Assembly (NCBI GenBank): GCA_965248925.1 | Contig: CBDFLE010000005.1 | Span: forward strand, 1,984,001-2,048,000 | DNA: 64,000 bases | Reading direction: 5' to 3' | Source of the DNA: Candidatus Multivoradales bacterium | GTDB lineage: Bacteria; Acidobacteriota; Thermoanaerobaculia; Multivoradales; J023 | Part shown: in pieces, positions 22,358 to 31,933 of the stretch | Position numbering within the stretch: the first letter of the stretch is position 1 | Layout: every line of letters starts with the position of its first letter | Notes under the pieces: model-generated | What the model was told of the DNA's origin: nothing | What the model saw: only the letters and a program-made list of their open reading frames with translations | Database searches by the model: none | Program-made: the position numbers and the translations under genes

Positions 22358-23479
22358 TTAGTACGGAATCGGTAGTGGCTCCGGCACCATCGCTTTCAAC
22401 GAGGGCGCGCAGGCAGGTGTCTCGCCTGGTGCGTCGTCGTCTACGCGGTGTGTCACCTCGTTCTCGGTATCGGCTGGGTCAGTGCTGGTGGTGGTGATCG
22501 GCGGGTTGATCCAGACCTCGCCACTGGGCTCCGGCAAAGCCGGCGTTCGCCGCTTGAAGCGGCTTGGATGAGCGGCTGAGGCGGCGGCGAGGACTTCTCG
22601 ACGTTGCTCCAGCACTGAGGCCGTGAGGCCGTAGTGGACGGTCTCTGGCGTCAACAAACCGAGTCCTGTGTGGTAGTGCTGCGTGTTGTACCAGCCGAGG
22701 AACGAGCGGCAGAACGCTCGTGCATCTTCCAGTGATCCGAAGCGGTCGGGAAAGCTCGGATGGTACTTGAGCGTCTTGAACTGGGCCTCAGAGAACGGAT
22801 TGTCGTTGCTCGTGTAGGGCCGGTTCAGCGACCGTGTCATCCCGAGATCGGCCAGCAGTAGAGCCACTGGCTTGGATGTCATGCTCGAACCGCGGTCCGA
22901 GTGCAAGGTAAGTCGATCTCGCTCAACACCTTGCTTCTCAACACTGTCGGCGATCAACCGCTTGGCGAGTCCTCCGGACTCGCGGGAGGCGAGCATCCAG
23001 CCGACGATGTAGCGGCTGAAGACGTCCAGAATTACGTAAAGGTAGTAGTGGGTCCACTTCACCGGGCCCTTGAGCTTGGTGATGTCCCACGACCACACCT
23101 CGTTCGGCCCTGTGGCCAGCAGTTCGGGCTTGGTGTAGTTGGGATGACGCCGCTGACGGCGTCGCTCGCGCAGCTCGCCCTCAGACTCCAGGACCCGGTA
23201 CATGGTGCGCACCGAGCAGATATGGCGCTGATCCTCGTCCAGCAGCGCCGCCCAGACTTGACGCGGCGAGCGGTCGACGAAGCGCTCCGAGTGCAACACA
23301 TCGAGGACCTCCTGGCGTTCAGCGGGCGTCAATGCCAGCGGCGGTCGAGGCCGCGTTGATAGCTGCGGCCCTGCGCTCTGCTGCCGACGGCGGCGATAAA
23401 AAGTGGCTCTGGGGACCGCCAAGGCGACGCAGGCTGCTTGCACCCCCACCGTCTCGGCCAGCGGCGCCACAGCGCTCAT
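22358..23479 (-). CDS. IS3-family transposase OrfB (copy 2)
   Basis: Near-identical to 7858-8979. Confidence 0.93.
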   Translation of the reverse strand: MSAVAPLAETVGVQAACVALAVPRATFYRRRRQQSAGPQLSTRPRPPLALTPAERQEVLDVLHSERFVDRSPRQVWAALLDEDQRHICSVRTMYRVLESEGELRERRRQRRHPNYTKPELLATGPNEVWSWDITKLKGPVKWTHYYLYVILDVFSRYIVGWMLASRESGGLAKRLIADSVEKQGVERDRLTLHSDRGSSMTSKPVALLLADLGMTRSLNRPYTSNDNPFSEAQFKTLKYHPSFPDRFGSLEDARAFCRSFLGWYNTQHYHTGLGLLTPETVHYGLTASVLEQRREVLAAASAAHPSRFKRRTPALPEPSGEVWINPPITTTSTDPADTENEVTHRVDDDAPGETPACAPSLKAMVPEPLPIPY

Positions 23480-23889
23480 GGCTGGCTCTCGCTCGGCTCG
23501 ATCCCTAGCAGCCGGGAAAGTTTTTTTTGGACATCGATGATCGTCTCGGCTTTGTACAGCTGATGCTTGAGCCGAGCATTCTCACGCTCAAGCTCCGCGA
23601 CCCGGCGGGCCTCAGCAGATTCCGGTCGACGCTTGCGACCACGCTTCTTCGACAAACCGGCCAGAGCACTGGCATCGCGTTGCTGGCGCCACTTCGATAG
23701 GAGTGAGGAATACAGACCCTCCCGGCGAAGCAGGGCGCCAATCTCGCCGGCTTTGCTACAGGCGTCGGCGGCCTGGACGATGCTCAGCTTGTACGACGCG
23801 CTGTACCGCCGCCGCTTCGCCTTCTCAGTTACCTCGGGATCTGGTCGGTCAGCACTCATATCTCGCAGCTCGTGGCTTGGACTCGCCAT
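23476..23889 (-). CDS. IS3-family transposase OrfA (copy 2)
   Basis: Near-identical to 8976-9389. Confidence 0.88.
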   Translation of the reverse strand: MASPSHELRDMSADRPDPEVTEKAKRRRYSASYKLSIVQAADACSKAGEIGALLRREGLYSSLLSKWRQQRDASALAGLSKKRGRKRRPESAEARRVAELERENARLKHQLYKAETIIDVQKKLSRLLGIEPSESQP

Positions 23890-25723
23890 GGTGTTTGCTC
23901 TCCACGCCCTCACTAATTTATCGGTACGGGAGTGTCTCACTTACATTGGCACAGAGGGCTTGCCCCCCGCGCGGGGGCGTGGATTGAAACGGCCATGGCT
24001 TGGGACAACTGGACCGCCTCGCTTGCCTTGCCCCCCGCGCGGGGGCGTGGATTGAAACCACGACACGTCGTAACCACGGGTGTCGACGTGAGTCTTGCCC
24101 CCCGCGCGGGGGCGTGGATTGAAACTTGCTACTCTGCATCGGCCCGATAGTCGCCATTGCTTGCCCCCCGCGCGGGGGCGTGGATTGAAACAGGCAAAGC
24201 GAGTTTCACCACCGGGCCGGGCGACCTTGCCCCCCACGCGGGGGCGTGGATTGAAACCCCAGGTCCTCATGCTCGCCGGCGACAGATCGGTACTTGCCCC
24301 CCGCGCGGGGGCGTGGATTGAAACCTTCAAAGCTCTGTGCAGGATGCGGTGTCCCGTCTTGCCCCCCGCGCGGGGGCGTGGATTGAAACGTCGTACCTAC
24401 CGTACATGTCACCTTTGAATATCTTGCCCCCCGCGCGGGGGCGTGGATTGAAACAACGCAGCGAGTTCAGTGAATAGGCCGAGGTTCTCCTTGCCCCCCG
24501 CGCGGGGGCGTGGATTGAAACAGGTTGGAGAAACCCATCATCACCTTGCGAGCAGCGGCTTGCCCCCCGCGCGGGGGCGTGGATTGAAACTTTGCAGACG
24601 CGGTGGAGATCCATCTTCGCCGCCTTGCCCCCCGCGCGGGGGCGTGGATTGAAACTGCCATCCCATCTGAGGTGGTGGATTTTGCAGCTTGCCCCCCGCG
24701 CGGGGGCGTGGATTGAAACTGCAGACAAGTCAGTTCCTCAGTTTCGATGGGTTGCTTGCCCCCCGCGCGGGGCGTGGATTGAAACCCCCTGGTACCCGAG
24801 GCGCACTACAACAGCGACAACTTGCCCCCCGCGCGGGGGCGTGGATTGAAACTGGCGATGATGAAACGAAAGTCCGTCATCGCCCACTTGCCCCCCGCGC
24901 GGGGGCGTGGATTGAAACCACGGCTGTCCCTGCGAACACCTCCGCGCCGTTCTTGCCCCCCGCGCGGGGGCGTGGATTGAAACTTGTCGCACCTCGGTTA
25001 CGGCGAGCCATAGTAAGTCTTGCCCCCCGCGCGGGGGCGTGGATTGAAACCAAGCGCTCGCCGAAGCTCAATCTCTCCATCCGACTTGCCCCCCGCGCGG
25101 GGGCGTGGATTGAAACCATTGCTGTCCCTGCGAACACCTCCGCGCCGTTCTTGCCCCCCGCGCGGGGGCGTGGATTGAAACCAGGAAGAGTACGCAGGTG
25201 GCGGGGCCATCCTGCCTTGCCCCCCGCGCGGGGGCGTGGATTGAAACATCCCAAAGAGCTCACTGTGGTGCTGCCGCAGTGCTTGCCCCCCGCGCGGGGG
25301 CGTGGATTGAAACGCGGACGGCTGGATTAACGACCGCGACAATATCGCTTGCCCCCCGCGCGGGGGCGTGGATTGAAACCTCACGACTGCGGGCGCGAAC
25401 GGGTCGGCGTTGTCTTGCCCCCCGCGCGGGGGCGTGGATTGAAACTATTGTCCCCTTCTTCTGCTCTAACCGTGGTCGGCTTGCCCCCCGCGCGGGGGCG
25501 TGGATTAAAACCTACATCCGAGCGATCAAGACCTGGGCGGAGTCTTGCCCCCCGCGCGGGGGCGTGGATTGAAACCATAGCCCCGATGATCGAAGAGCCT
25601 GCGCCGCGGCTTGCCCCCCGCGCGGGGGCGTGGATTGAAACTTGAATTCCAAGACGCGAGAGTGAACCCGCCGCCTTGCCCCCCGCGCGGGGGCGTGGAT
25701 TGAAACGCGCTCAGCCTCGTTAA

Positions 25724-26044
25724 GCCCCTGTCAGTGACACCCTGCTGCTGGCGGACGGGCTGATCAACTTCTCGGGTATGGGCAACGATCCCGACGACGC
25801 CTCGCCACTGATCTACCAGTGGGTGGTCAAGGGCTCGGGACTGGTGGGCGGCGCCTCGGAGATCATCATGTTCACCTTGCATCTCAACGACAACGAGTAC
25901 AAAACCTTCAATTGGAAGCCCGCGGACTACGTGCTGCCTAAGTGTGGTGGGCGTAGTGTGCAGCTCGAACTACGGGTCACCGACCCGGAAAATAAGACGG
26001 GCACCGAGACCATCCCGGTGACCATCGCCTGGCCACCCTGCTGA
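25724..26044 (+). pseudogene. Probable 3' remnant of a secreted protein (PKD/Ig-like C-terminal domain)
   Basis: Open frame 'APVSDTLLLADGLINFSGMGNDPDD..PLIYQW...LELRVTDPENKTGTETIPVTI' has an Ig-like beta pattern; no signal peptide; stop codon 15 nt after the last repeat. Confidence 0.5.
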
Positions 26045-26067
26045 TCGGCCAATCCTGCGCTGCCCGA

Positions 26068-26652
26068 TCATAAGCCACAGCTCTCCTCCACTCGGCGGTT
26101 GATCTCGTTCGAGCTCGGTGCCGCGGGATCGGCAGGGCTCTCGCTGAGGCCGGCGAAGTGGAGGGCTTCGTGAATCAGCACGACCGCGGCTCGCCGCGTC
26201 GGCAGGCGACCGAATGTGCGGCAGAGGCGGGTGTGGTCGCCGCCGACGGAGGTGAAGGCGGCGACGCCGCGACCACAGATCCGGCTCTCCTGGTCGAGGG
26301 TCGCCGGGCTGTAGAGGGTGCGCGCCAGCAGCTGGCGACCGTCGGCGCCGTGGGAGTGGAATAGACCGCGACAGGCGCTACTATGAGCCAAGGTCTGATC
26401 GGCCAACGGCAGCGCTCGCCGCAGCTGGTCGGCGACCCAACCCTTGCTCAGGCCGGGACCGGTCCGCGGGGAGAGCAACCGGCCCCCAGAGCTGTCCTCC
26501 GGGTGGCCAGCGGCTGCTGCGGGTGGGTCGGCGAGCACCGCGCCCGGCAAGCGCGGCCAGCTGGCAGACGAGATCGGAGGCGGCGAGAGCTGCCAGCCGC
26601 AGCACAGCCACAGCAGGACGAGGACGGGTGTCGAGGGAGTCTTGCTCTTCAT
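26068..26652 (-). CDS. Exported HExxH zinc-metallopeptidase-like protein
   Basis: Hydrophobic N-terminus; 'VLIHEALHFAGL'; several Cys. Confidence 0.6.
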   Translation of the reverse strand: MKSKTPSTPVLVLLWLCCGWQLSPPPISSASWPRLPGAVLADPPAAAAGHPEDSSGGRLLSPRTGPGLSKGWVADQLRRALPLADQTLAHSSACRGLFHSHGADGRQLLARTLYSPATLDQESRICGRGVAAFTSVGGDHTRLCRTFGRLPTRRAAVVLIHEALHFAGLSESPADPAAPSSNEINRRVEESCGL

Positions 26653-26847
26653 CCAGCCAGCCTGCGGAGCTGGACCGGCAGAGTCGTGATGGAAAGGCTC
26701 GGGCAATGCTGGCACCGGGCTCGCCACGCTCGGGAAAAGCGGGCTGGCGAGCCGGCTGGTGCAGGCGGATGAGTTTTTCCCTCGGAAAACCCCCGCTCGC
26801 AACCTAGGCTGGGGAGAGACCGTAGAGTTGCTCAGGAGGTCCTTCAG

Positions 26848-28488
26848 ATGCACCCCGCAACCGCCCGCTCTGGTCCGCAGCCCGTTCAGCTCGTTGCCGA
26901 GCCTTCGGCCACTGCAGCAGTAGTGGCGCTGCAAGTCGGTCGCTGGCGATTCGACGCCGAGGTCAACCAGCTGGCCGACGACCACCAGCAGATTCACCTG
27001 GAACCCAGGCTGGCGGAGCTGCTGTCCTTCCTGATCGCCCGTGGCGGGAGGGTAGCCTCCAAGCAGCAGCTGGTCGAGCAGGTCTGGGAGGACCGCTTCG
27101 TCACCGATTCGGCGCTCACTCGGGCGGTCGCCGAGCTGCGCCGAGCGCTGGGCGACGACGCCCACGCACCGCGTTATATTGAGACCATTCCGAAAAGGGG
27201 CTACCGGCTGATCGCCGCGGTCTCTCCGCTGAGCACGGCAGCGGTCGAGGAGAGCGGAGCGGACCAGCGGACCGCGCTGATCGAAGACCACGGACATCTC
27301 GGCCCCACTGTGCCAACCACCGTGCCGCCCTGGATCGGGCCGCTGAGCAAGCGCGGTAGGAGGATGCTGACAGCGGCGGCGATCACCGCCTTGAGCCTCG
27401 CTGGCTGGCTGCTGTCGCGGGGCGTCGCCGATCGCGCCGACCGCCAGCTATTCGATCCGCCAGCCTTACACAAGCCGCTGCTGGCGGGATCGGCAGCGAT
27501 CAGATCGTCACCGACCGCTGCTCCTGGGGCGCTGGCCAGCCACCGCCCCAGCGCTCGCCAGCTGGCCGACCGGGGCTACGCTCTGCTGGCCGGCGCGGAT
27601 CATGCTGGCTTGCATCAGGCGCTCGACCTGTTTCGCGGAGCGATCGATCTGGACCTCTCCTACGCCCCGGCTCACGCCGGCCTGGCCGACAGCTATCACC
27701 GGCTGACCCTCTGCGAGCTGCTTCCCCCCGGCGACGGATTTCCTAAAGCACGAGCAGCGGCCCTCGAAGCATTGCGACTCGATCCCAGCCTGAGCCGCGC
27801 TCATGTGGTGCTGGCCAATGTTCGTTTCCTGTTCGACTGGGATTGGCCAGCCGCCGAATTGGAGTTTCTCCGCGCCGTGCAGCTAGCCCCTGACGACCCT
27901 GAGGTGGCAGAACCCTACGCCTTCTACCTGACTTGCATGGGACGTTTCACAGAAGCCATCGCTGAAGCTCAGCGAGCCCTCGAGCTGGCACCGGCGTCGA
28001 GCCGCCAGCGCAATGCCCTCGGCTGGGTCTACTTCAACGCCCGCCAGTTCGACCACTCTCTCGCCGTGCTGCGGCAGGAGCCCGACGCCAGCTACGACGA
28101 GTACATCGCCTGGAACCTGGCCTTGCTCGGCGAACACCACCGGGCGACCGAGATGCTCGAGCGCGCGGCGGCGCGAAAGGCAGATCCGGTGCCGATCTTC
28201 CTCGGCACCCTCGGCTGGTCGCTGGCCCAGTCTGGGCGGACCGAGCAAGCGCGTGAGCTGCTCGCTGAGCTCCAGCCAAGGCGGCCTCACTCATGGGCGG
28301 AGCTCTATCCCCTGTCCCTGGTCCACGCCGCTCTCGGCGAAGCCGACCAAGCCTTCTATTGGCTCGACCGGGCGATCGAGGAACGTTCCTTGAATCTGAT
28401 CTTTCTCAAGGTCGAACCGTTCCTCGACCCTATTCGCGACGATCCCCGCTACCACCAGCTGCTACAGAGATTGGGTTTGGGAAGATGA
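26848..28488 (+). CDS. CadC-like winged-helix DNA-binding / TM / TPR regulator
   Basis: 'LEPRLAELL...SKQQLVEQVW...LTRAVAELRRALGDDA..PRYIETIPKRGYRL', one TM segment, TPR repeats, 'DPIRDDPRY' tail. Confidence 0.88.
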   Translation: MHPATARSGPQPVQLVAEPSATAAVVALQVGRWRFDAEVNQLADDHQQIHLEPRLAELLSFLIARGGRVASKQQLVEQVWEDRFVTDSALTRAVAELRRALGDDAHAPRYIETIPKRGYRLIAAVSPLSTAAVEESGADQRTALIEDHGHLGPTVPTTVPPWIGPLSKRGRRMLTAAAITALSLAGWLLSRGVADRADRQLFDPPALHKPLLAGSAAIRSSPTAAPGALASHRPSARQLADRGYALLAGADHAGLHQALDLFRGAIDLDLSYAPAHAGLADSYHRLTLCELLPPGDGFPKARAAALEALRLDPSLSRAHVVLANVRFLFDWDWPAAELEFLRAVQLAPDDPEVAEPYAFYLTCMGRFTEAIAEAQRALELAPASSRQRNALGWVYFNARQFDHSLAVLRQEPDASYDEYIAWNLALLGEHHRATEMLERAAARKADPVPIFLGTLGWSLAQSGRTEQARELLAELQPRRPHSWAELYPLSLVHAALGEADQAFYWLDRAIEERSLNLIFLKVEPFLDPIRDDPRYHQLLQRLGLGR

Positions 28489-28500
28489 CCTGCGTAGGAT

Positions 28501-29409
28501 CTACGGCACCAACACCGGCCGCAGGTGGCCGTCACTGCGCTGCAGTCGCTGGCGCGCCTCCTCGACTTCGACCCCGCAGCGGGCCATCACAATGGCGGTC
28601 TTGACCTCGCCCTTGGCCAGTTCGTACAGCCGGGCCGCTTCGGCATCTGAAACCTGGCCAGCGGCGGCAACGATGCGCCGCGCGCGATCTTGCAACTTGG
28701 CCGAACCGGTGCGCAAATCGACCATCAGGTTGTCGTAAACCTTGCCCAAGCGCACCATGGCGGCGGTGGTGATGGCGTTGAGTGCCGCCTTGGTGGCCGA
28801 ACCGGCCTTGAGACGGGTGGAGCCGGTGAGCAGTTCGGGACCGGTGTCGAGAGCCAAGATGCAGTCGGCAACCTCTTCCAAACCGTCGGCGGCGGCACAG
28901 GTCAAGAGCACGGTGGCGGCACCACGCAGGCGCGCCGCGGTGAGCGCCGCCAGGGTGTAGGGGGTCACCGAACTGGCCGACAGGCCGATCAGCAGATCGC
29001 GCTCGCTGAGTTCGGCGCCGGCGGCGAGGCCGTCTTCTCGCCGATCTTCAGACCCTTCGCGGGCGCGGAAGACCGCTTCTTCACCACCGGCGATGGCGGC
29101 ACGGATGCGCCGCGGGTCGGTGCCGAAGGTGGGCGGGCACTCGGCGGCTTCGAGCACCGCCAGCCGGCCGCTGGTGCCGGCGCCGGCCAGCATCACGTCA
29201 CCACCGCGACGTAGGATTTCGGCGACTTGATCGGCGACCGCGGCAATCGGTCCGCTGAGGGCTGAAACGGCATCGAGACCACGGCGATCTTCGGCGACCA
29301 ACAACTTGACCAATTCCTCGGTCGAACGCAGATCGAGATCCCCATGTGTATGACGGGCCTCGGTGGCGAGGCGGCGCCAGGGCGAAGGAGGGGGGGCTAA
29401 TGTCTTCAT
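28501..29409 (-). CDS. murQ: N-acetylmuramic acid 6-phosphate etherase
   Basis: 'GAGTSGRL', 'ECPPTFG', 'GPELLTGSTRLKAGSATK', 'GKVYDNLMVD'. Confidence 0.93.
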   Translation of the reverse strand: MKTLAPPPSPWRRLATEARHTHGDLDLRSTEELVKLLVAEDRRGLDAVSALSGPIAAVADQVAEILRRGGDVMLAGAGTSGRLAVLEAAECPPTFGTDPRRIRAAIAGGEEAVFRAREGSEDRREDGLAAGAELSERDLLIGLSASSVTPYTLAALTAARLRGAATVLLTCAAADGLEEVADCILALDTGPELLTGSTRLKAGSATKAALNAITTAAMVRLGKVYDNLMVDLRTGSAKLQDRARRIVAAAGQVSDAEAARLYELAKGEVKTAIVMARCGVEVEEARQRLQRSDGHLRPVLVP

Positions 29410-29482
29410 CGGCCGGCTATTCTAGGCCAACCACGGCCCAGCGCCCAGCCGCGGGTTGTGTGCTAGCGTCAGTCGCCAACCG

Positions 29483-30694
29483 ATGATCGAAGCAAAAAGT
29501 CCCCAACAGATTCTTGCCGCTGCCCGCGCCCTGCTCCCCTGGCTGAGCGAGGTGCGGCGTGATTTCCACCGCCATCCTGAACTCGGCTTGGAGGAGCACC
29601 GCACCAGCGCCCGCATCCAGCAGCTGCTCGATGAACTCGGCATCGACTACCGTGCCGGCTTGGGTGGCACCGGCGTGCTCGGCACCCTGCCGGGGCCGGC
29701 CGGCAGTCGCACGGTGGCGCTGCGGGCCGATATCGACGGGCTACCGATCGAGGAACAGAACGAGGTCCCCTACCGCTCGCGACAGCCGGGCAAGATGCAC
29801 GCCTGCGGCCACGATGTTCACACCACCGTGCTGCTCGGCGCCGCCCGCCTGCTCAGCGAGATGGACGGGCCGCTGCCGGGCACGGTGAGGCTGCTCTTCC
29901 AACCTGCCGAGGAGACCGTCGGCGGCGCGCAGCTGATGATCGAGGGGGGCGCTTTGGACGATCCGCGAGCCGACGCCATTTTCGGCCTGCATGTGGAATC
30001 GGCGGTGGAGGTGGGCGGTTTCGAGCTGCGTTATGGTCAGCGCAACGCTTCTTCTGACGCCATCAAGCTGGTCATCCACGGCCGCTCGGGCCATGCTGCC
30101 TACCCCGCTGACAGTGTCGACGCCATCGTCGTCGCCGCCCAGGTGGTCAGCGCCCTGCAATCCGTGGTCAGTCGCAATGTCGACGCCCGCGAGGCAGCGG
30201 TGATCAGCTTTGGCACGATCCAAGGCGGTACGCAGGCGAACATCGTCGCCGATCGGGTGGAGCTCAGAGGCACTGTCCGCACTCTCGATCCGGCGATTCG
30301 CCAGCGGGTGCTGGAGCGCTTGCGCCAGACCGCCGAGGGAGTGGCGGCAGCGCTTGGCGGGCGAGCCGAGACCACCGTCGACGCCGGTTATCCACCCGTC
30401 ATCAACCATGAGCCGATGATCGATCTAGTGCGCCGCAATGCTGCCCAGCTGGTCGGCAAGGAGCGAGTGTCGATCAAATCTAAGCCCAACATGGGGGTCG
30501 AGGACTTCGCCTACTACCTACAGCAAGTTCCGGGAGCGTTTTTCTCTCTTGGAGTGCGCAATGAAGCTGCCGGCATCGTCCATCCGGTACACCACGAGCG
30601 CTTCGATGTCGACGAGGACTGCTTGCCGCTGGGAGTAGCGATCCAGGTGCTCAACACATTGAGTGCGCTGGCGGGTGAGGCGGAACCGTGCTGA
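29483..30694 (+). CDS. M20-family amidohydrolase
   Basis: 'HRHPELG', 'LRADIDGLP', 'MHACGHDVH', 'FQPAEE', 'EDFAYY'. Confidence 0.92.
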   Translation: MIEAKSPQQILAAARALLPWLSEVRRDFHRHPELGLEEHRTSARIQQLLDELGIDYRAGLGGTGVLGTLPGPAGSRTVALRADIDGLPIEEQNEVPYRSRQPGKMHACGHDVHTTVLLGAARLLSEMDGPLPGTVRLLFQPAEETVGGAQLMIEGGALDDPRADAIFGLHVESAVEVGGFELRYGQRNASSDAIKLVIHGRSGHAAYPADSVDAIVVAAQVVSALQSVVSRNVDAREAAVISFGTIQGGTQANIVADRVELRGTVRTLDPAIRQRVLERLRQTAEGVAAALGGRAETTVDAGYPPVINHEPMIDLVRRNAAQLVGKERVSIKSKPNMGVEDFAYYLQQVPGAFFSLGVRNEAAGIVHPVHHERFDVDEDCLPLGVAIQVLNTLSALAGEAEPC

Positions 30695-31917
30695 ACAAGA
30701 TCTGGGGTGGATTCTTCTTCATCGCCTTCGCCGTCGCCCTGGGGCGCTGGCTTCTCGGCGGTGAGGGGGAGGTCTGGGGCGAGCTGGTGGCGGCCGCCTT
30801 TGACATGGCCAAGACCGGCTTCGAGATTGCCCTCGGCCTGACCGGGGTGATGTGTCTGTGGCTGGGGATCATGAAGCTAGGCGAGAAGGGCGGCGCGGTG
30901 GACTTACTGGCTCGCGCCTTCAGACCGCTGATGCGCCGCCTTTTCCCCGGCGTGCCGGAGGGCCATCCGGCCGGCGGCTCGATGGTGATGAACCTGGCGG
31001 CCAATATGCTCGGTCTCGACAACGCCGCGACCCCCTTGGGGCTGAAGGCGATGAAGGAGTTACAGACGCTGAACCCCGAGCCCGACCGGGCCACCGACGC
31101 GCAGGTGCTCTTCCTGGTGCTAAACACTTCGGCGGTGACCGTGATCCCGACCACCATCCTGGTCTACCGCGCCCAACTCGGTGCCGCCGACCCCACCGAT
31201 GTCTTCGTGCCCATCTTGGTGGCGACCTTCATCAGCACTCTGGTGGGCTTGCTGGCCACCTCGCTGGTGCAGAAGATCCGCCTCTGGCAGCCGGTGGTGC
31301 TGGCATACTTGGGATCCATGACGGTGGCGATCGGCGGCTTGGTGGTCTACTGCTCACGGCTGCCCCGTGAGGTGCTCGAACGACAGACCCAGACTTTTGC
31401 CAATTTCTTTATCTTCACCCTGATCATCACCTTCATGGCCTTGGCCGCGCGCCGCCGACTGCCTCTGTACGAGACTTTTGTCGAAGGCGCCAAGGAGGGA
31501 TTCCAAGTGGCGGTGGGGATCATTCCCTTCTTGGTCTCCATGCTGGTGGCGATCGGCGTCTTCCGCGCCAGTGGCGCCCTCGACTACCTGCTCGATGGGG
31601 TGCGCTGGGCGACCGATGGGGTGGGTCTCGACAATCGCTGGGTCGACGGGCTGCCCACCGCCTTGATGAAACCGCTCTCGGGCAGCGGAGCGCGCGGCTT
31701 GATGCTGGAGACGATGAAGGCACAAGGCGCCGACTCTTTCGCCGGCCGCTTGGTGTCGATCCTCCAGGGCAGCACCGAGACCACCTTCTACGTGCTGGCG
31801 GTGTACTTCGGCTCAGTGGGTATCAAGCGCACCCGCCATGCCGTGCCTTGTGGGCTGGCCGCAGATGCCGCCGGCGTGCTGTCGGCGATCGGCGTCTGCT
31901 ACCTCTTCTTCGGCTGA
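30688..31917 (+). CDS. spmAB: SpmA/SpmB fusion membrane protein (nucleoside-recognition Gate domains)
   Basis: 'ANMLGLDNAATPLGLKAM', 'KPLSGSGA', 'GSTETTFYVLAVYFGSVGI'. Confidence 0.88.
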   Translation: MLNKIWGGFFFIAFAVALGRWLLGGEGEVWGELVAAAFDMAKTGFEIALGLTGVMCLWLGIMKLGEKGGAVDLLARAFRPLMRRLFPGVPEGHPAGGSMVMNLAANMLGLDNAATPLGLKAMKELQTLNPEPDRATDAQVLFLVLNTSAVTVIPTTILVYRAQLGAADPTDVFVPILVATFISTLVGLLATSLVQKIRLWQPVVLAYLGSMTVAIGGLVVYCSRLPREVLERQTQTFANFFIFTLIITFMALAARRRLPLYETFVEGAKEGFQVAVGIIPFLVSMLVAIGVFRASGALDYLLDGVRWATDGVGLDNRWVDGLPTALMKPLSGSGARGLMLETMKAQGADSFAGRLVSILQGSTETTFYVLAVYFGSVGIKRTRHAVPCGLAADAAGVLSAIGVCYLFFG

Positions 31918-31933
31918 ACCTTGAGGACTCTCC

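Larger units (their letters stand above)
22318..23958 (-). mobile_element. IS3-family insertion sequence, copy 2, at a spacer/repeat junction
   Basis: Same ends as copy 1; target duplication (G)CTT overlaps the first bases of a repeat. Confidence 0.93.

Noticed and set aside
30688-31917. Sporulation inferred from spmAB
   Set aside because: SpmAB fusions are widespread in non-sporulating Gram-negative bacteria
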